Assembly: GCA_036172245.1 (NCBI GenBank)
Contig: JAYWIR010000003.1
Span: 4,340,001-4,404,000, forward strand
Length of the DNA stretch: 64,000 bases
Origin: Raillietiella orientalis
Lineage: Eukaryota
Direction of reading: 5' to 3'
Below the pieces are notes generated by a model that did no database searches, was not told the DNA's origin, and saw only the letters and a program-made list of their open reading frames with translations. The translations under genes and the position numbers were made by a program. Positions 62,610-64,000 of the stretch are shown here, piece by piece; the stretch's first letter is position 1; each line of letters begins with the position of its first letter.

Positions 62610-63257
62610 TTGCGGCCGCATAGCTGCGGTCGCCGCGCGCGCCGTGCCAAGCGTGGCAGGTTTGAATTCCGCCTGGGGAAGGGTCGGTGCCGAGAACGGG
62701 GGGTGCGTCGTGGGTTTCGAGTCTACCCCCCCCACACACACACAGAATGACGCACGCTGGTTGGCCTGTTCGGGTGCGGCACTGATGGAAGCAGACCGAT
62801 GCCCCCGTTGACCGGCCGGGAGTGGAAGGGGAACCATCAGAGTCGGTTCTTCCAGAAATCAAGGAACCCTTCGAGGCTCCCATCCGGGAAGACCCCCAAC
62901 GCGTACCACGGACCTGGTTGATACCCCCCTCGGAGGATCTGCTCCCCAGAGTGTCGAGAAGCGCGCTGCTCCCTTCGAGGAGCGCCCTCCAGAGAAAATC
63001 TGGAAGCATACCTTAGGGGTTCTCTTCAGAGGAGGAAACAAGGAGCGGATCCTTTCCGGGGCCCCCCTCAGGAAAAAAATCCAGGAGAGAAGAAAATGAG
63101 GAGCGGCTCCCTCCGGGTCATCGACCCCTCAGGAGAGAGGAAGGAAGAGGTGGTTTCCTTAGTAGTTCCCCTACGAAACGTAAGAGGAACGGACTCCTTT
63201 CTCCTGAGCCCTTCCTGGATTCATAGGGTGGTCCCTACAGGATTGCCCCTTTAACTT
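62610..63257 (+). mobile_element. tRNA-headed leader, copy D
   Basis: Degenerate B-box GGTTTGAATTCC (62659-62670), core 62814-62865, hairpin 62968-62983, terminal block 'ttcctggattcatagggtggtccct...cccctttaactt'. Confidence 0.75.
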
Positions 63258-64000
63258 TTTCTCCCCCTGCCTTTTGTTTGCTGCCCACGGAGTAATATTA
63301 AAAGACCGACGAAGGACCTCCTCAGAATCGCCTTCTGGGGTACAGAGAGGCTCTGAGTTTTCCTGAAGGACTTGCGCGCCCCGCGTTTCGACGGAGGTCT
63401 CGGCCTCCCGACGCTGGAGCACCTCAAGCGACAGCTCCAGTAAAACACGCTTGCCCTAGTGGCGAAGCTTTGAAGCGCGAACTGGTGAGAGTCCTCACGA
63501 TAACTGGTAAAGCGATCCACCGGCTACGCAGGGCTGCCTCCGTTTCTGGAACGGCGGCGTAGACGCAACGTGTCCCGCTGCGGAATGCAGCTCCGGAGAG
63601 TGGCCTAACTGACCAGGGCCAACACCTGGATCTCCTGCCGGTCCGTGGATGGCAGCTCCTGGCTGCAGGAAACCGTTCGCACGTGGGCCCGAACAAGGGA
63701 GAGAGCCCGCAGATGCGGCAGCGACTGCTGCACTCCCTTCTATAGCAACCGCCCGCTGCAGGACGTCATCGTGCAGCCCATCACGCGTGAGTGGACGCAA
63801 AGAGCCTCCCTAACCGCGGCGCTGCTCTCCCTCAGGGAACACCTGGGCAGTAACTAGCCGGCCAAATGGGAAGTCAGTTGCGAAATAGTCTTCGGACGCA
63901 GGAAACAGGTAGCTGGATCACGGGACAGCTCACGGACGCTGCGACCTCAAGCGCCCTACCGCAAGGACTATTGCGCTGGGGCGAGCTACTGGGAATCCCG
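63258..64000 (+). mobile_element. Tx1-like LINE ORF2 C-terminal region (runs off the window)
   Basis: 'DLLRIAFWG...VFLKDLRAPRFDGGLGLPTL', 'SSWLQETVRTWA', 'WITGQLTDAAT'. Confidence 0.85.

Noticed and set aside
1..64000. CRISPR array or prokaryotic operon/defence system
   Set aside because: No regularly spaced repeats and no gene-dense coding; content is eukaryotic retrotransposon debris.

Overview
GC-rich eukaryotic (probably animal) repeat-cluster DNA with no intact protein gene, tRNA or rRNA gene that I can support. Most of the window is a nested pile of more than 25 decayed fragments of L1/Tx1-clade non-LTR retrotransposons on both strands. They were recognised by eye from remnants of ORF1 (RRM-like + zinc knuckle), APE endonuclease, RT, the GGLG motif and zf-RVT; the ORF track is mostly noise. 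The main unexpected signals are: (1) a ~0.63-0.65 kb leader, in four copies plus one head-only copy, that begins with a tRNA-like/B-box head, carries a conserved core and UUCG hairpins, and runs into LINE ORF1-like sequence in three copies; (2) LINE 3' parts joined at the same leader/ORF1 junction in two copies, one with a perfect 15-bp TSD, suggesting site-specific targeting; (3) a diverged 28S rRNA-derived segment with a stem-loop and (AAATAAATGG)n tail, i.e. a candidate 28S-derived SINE; (4) a 491-bp piggyBac-type MITE with TTAA TSD; (5) two ~0.7-kb near-identical duplications, one inverted and one direct; (6) several perfect hairpins. Boundaries of decayed LINE fragments are approximate.
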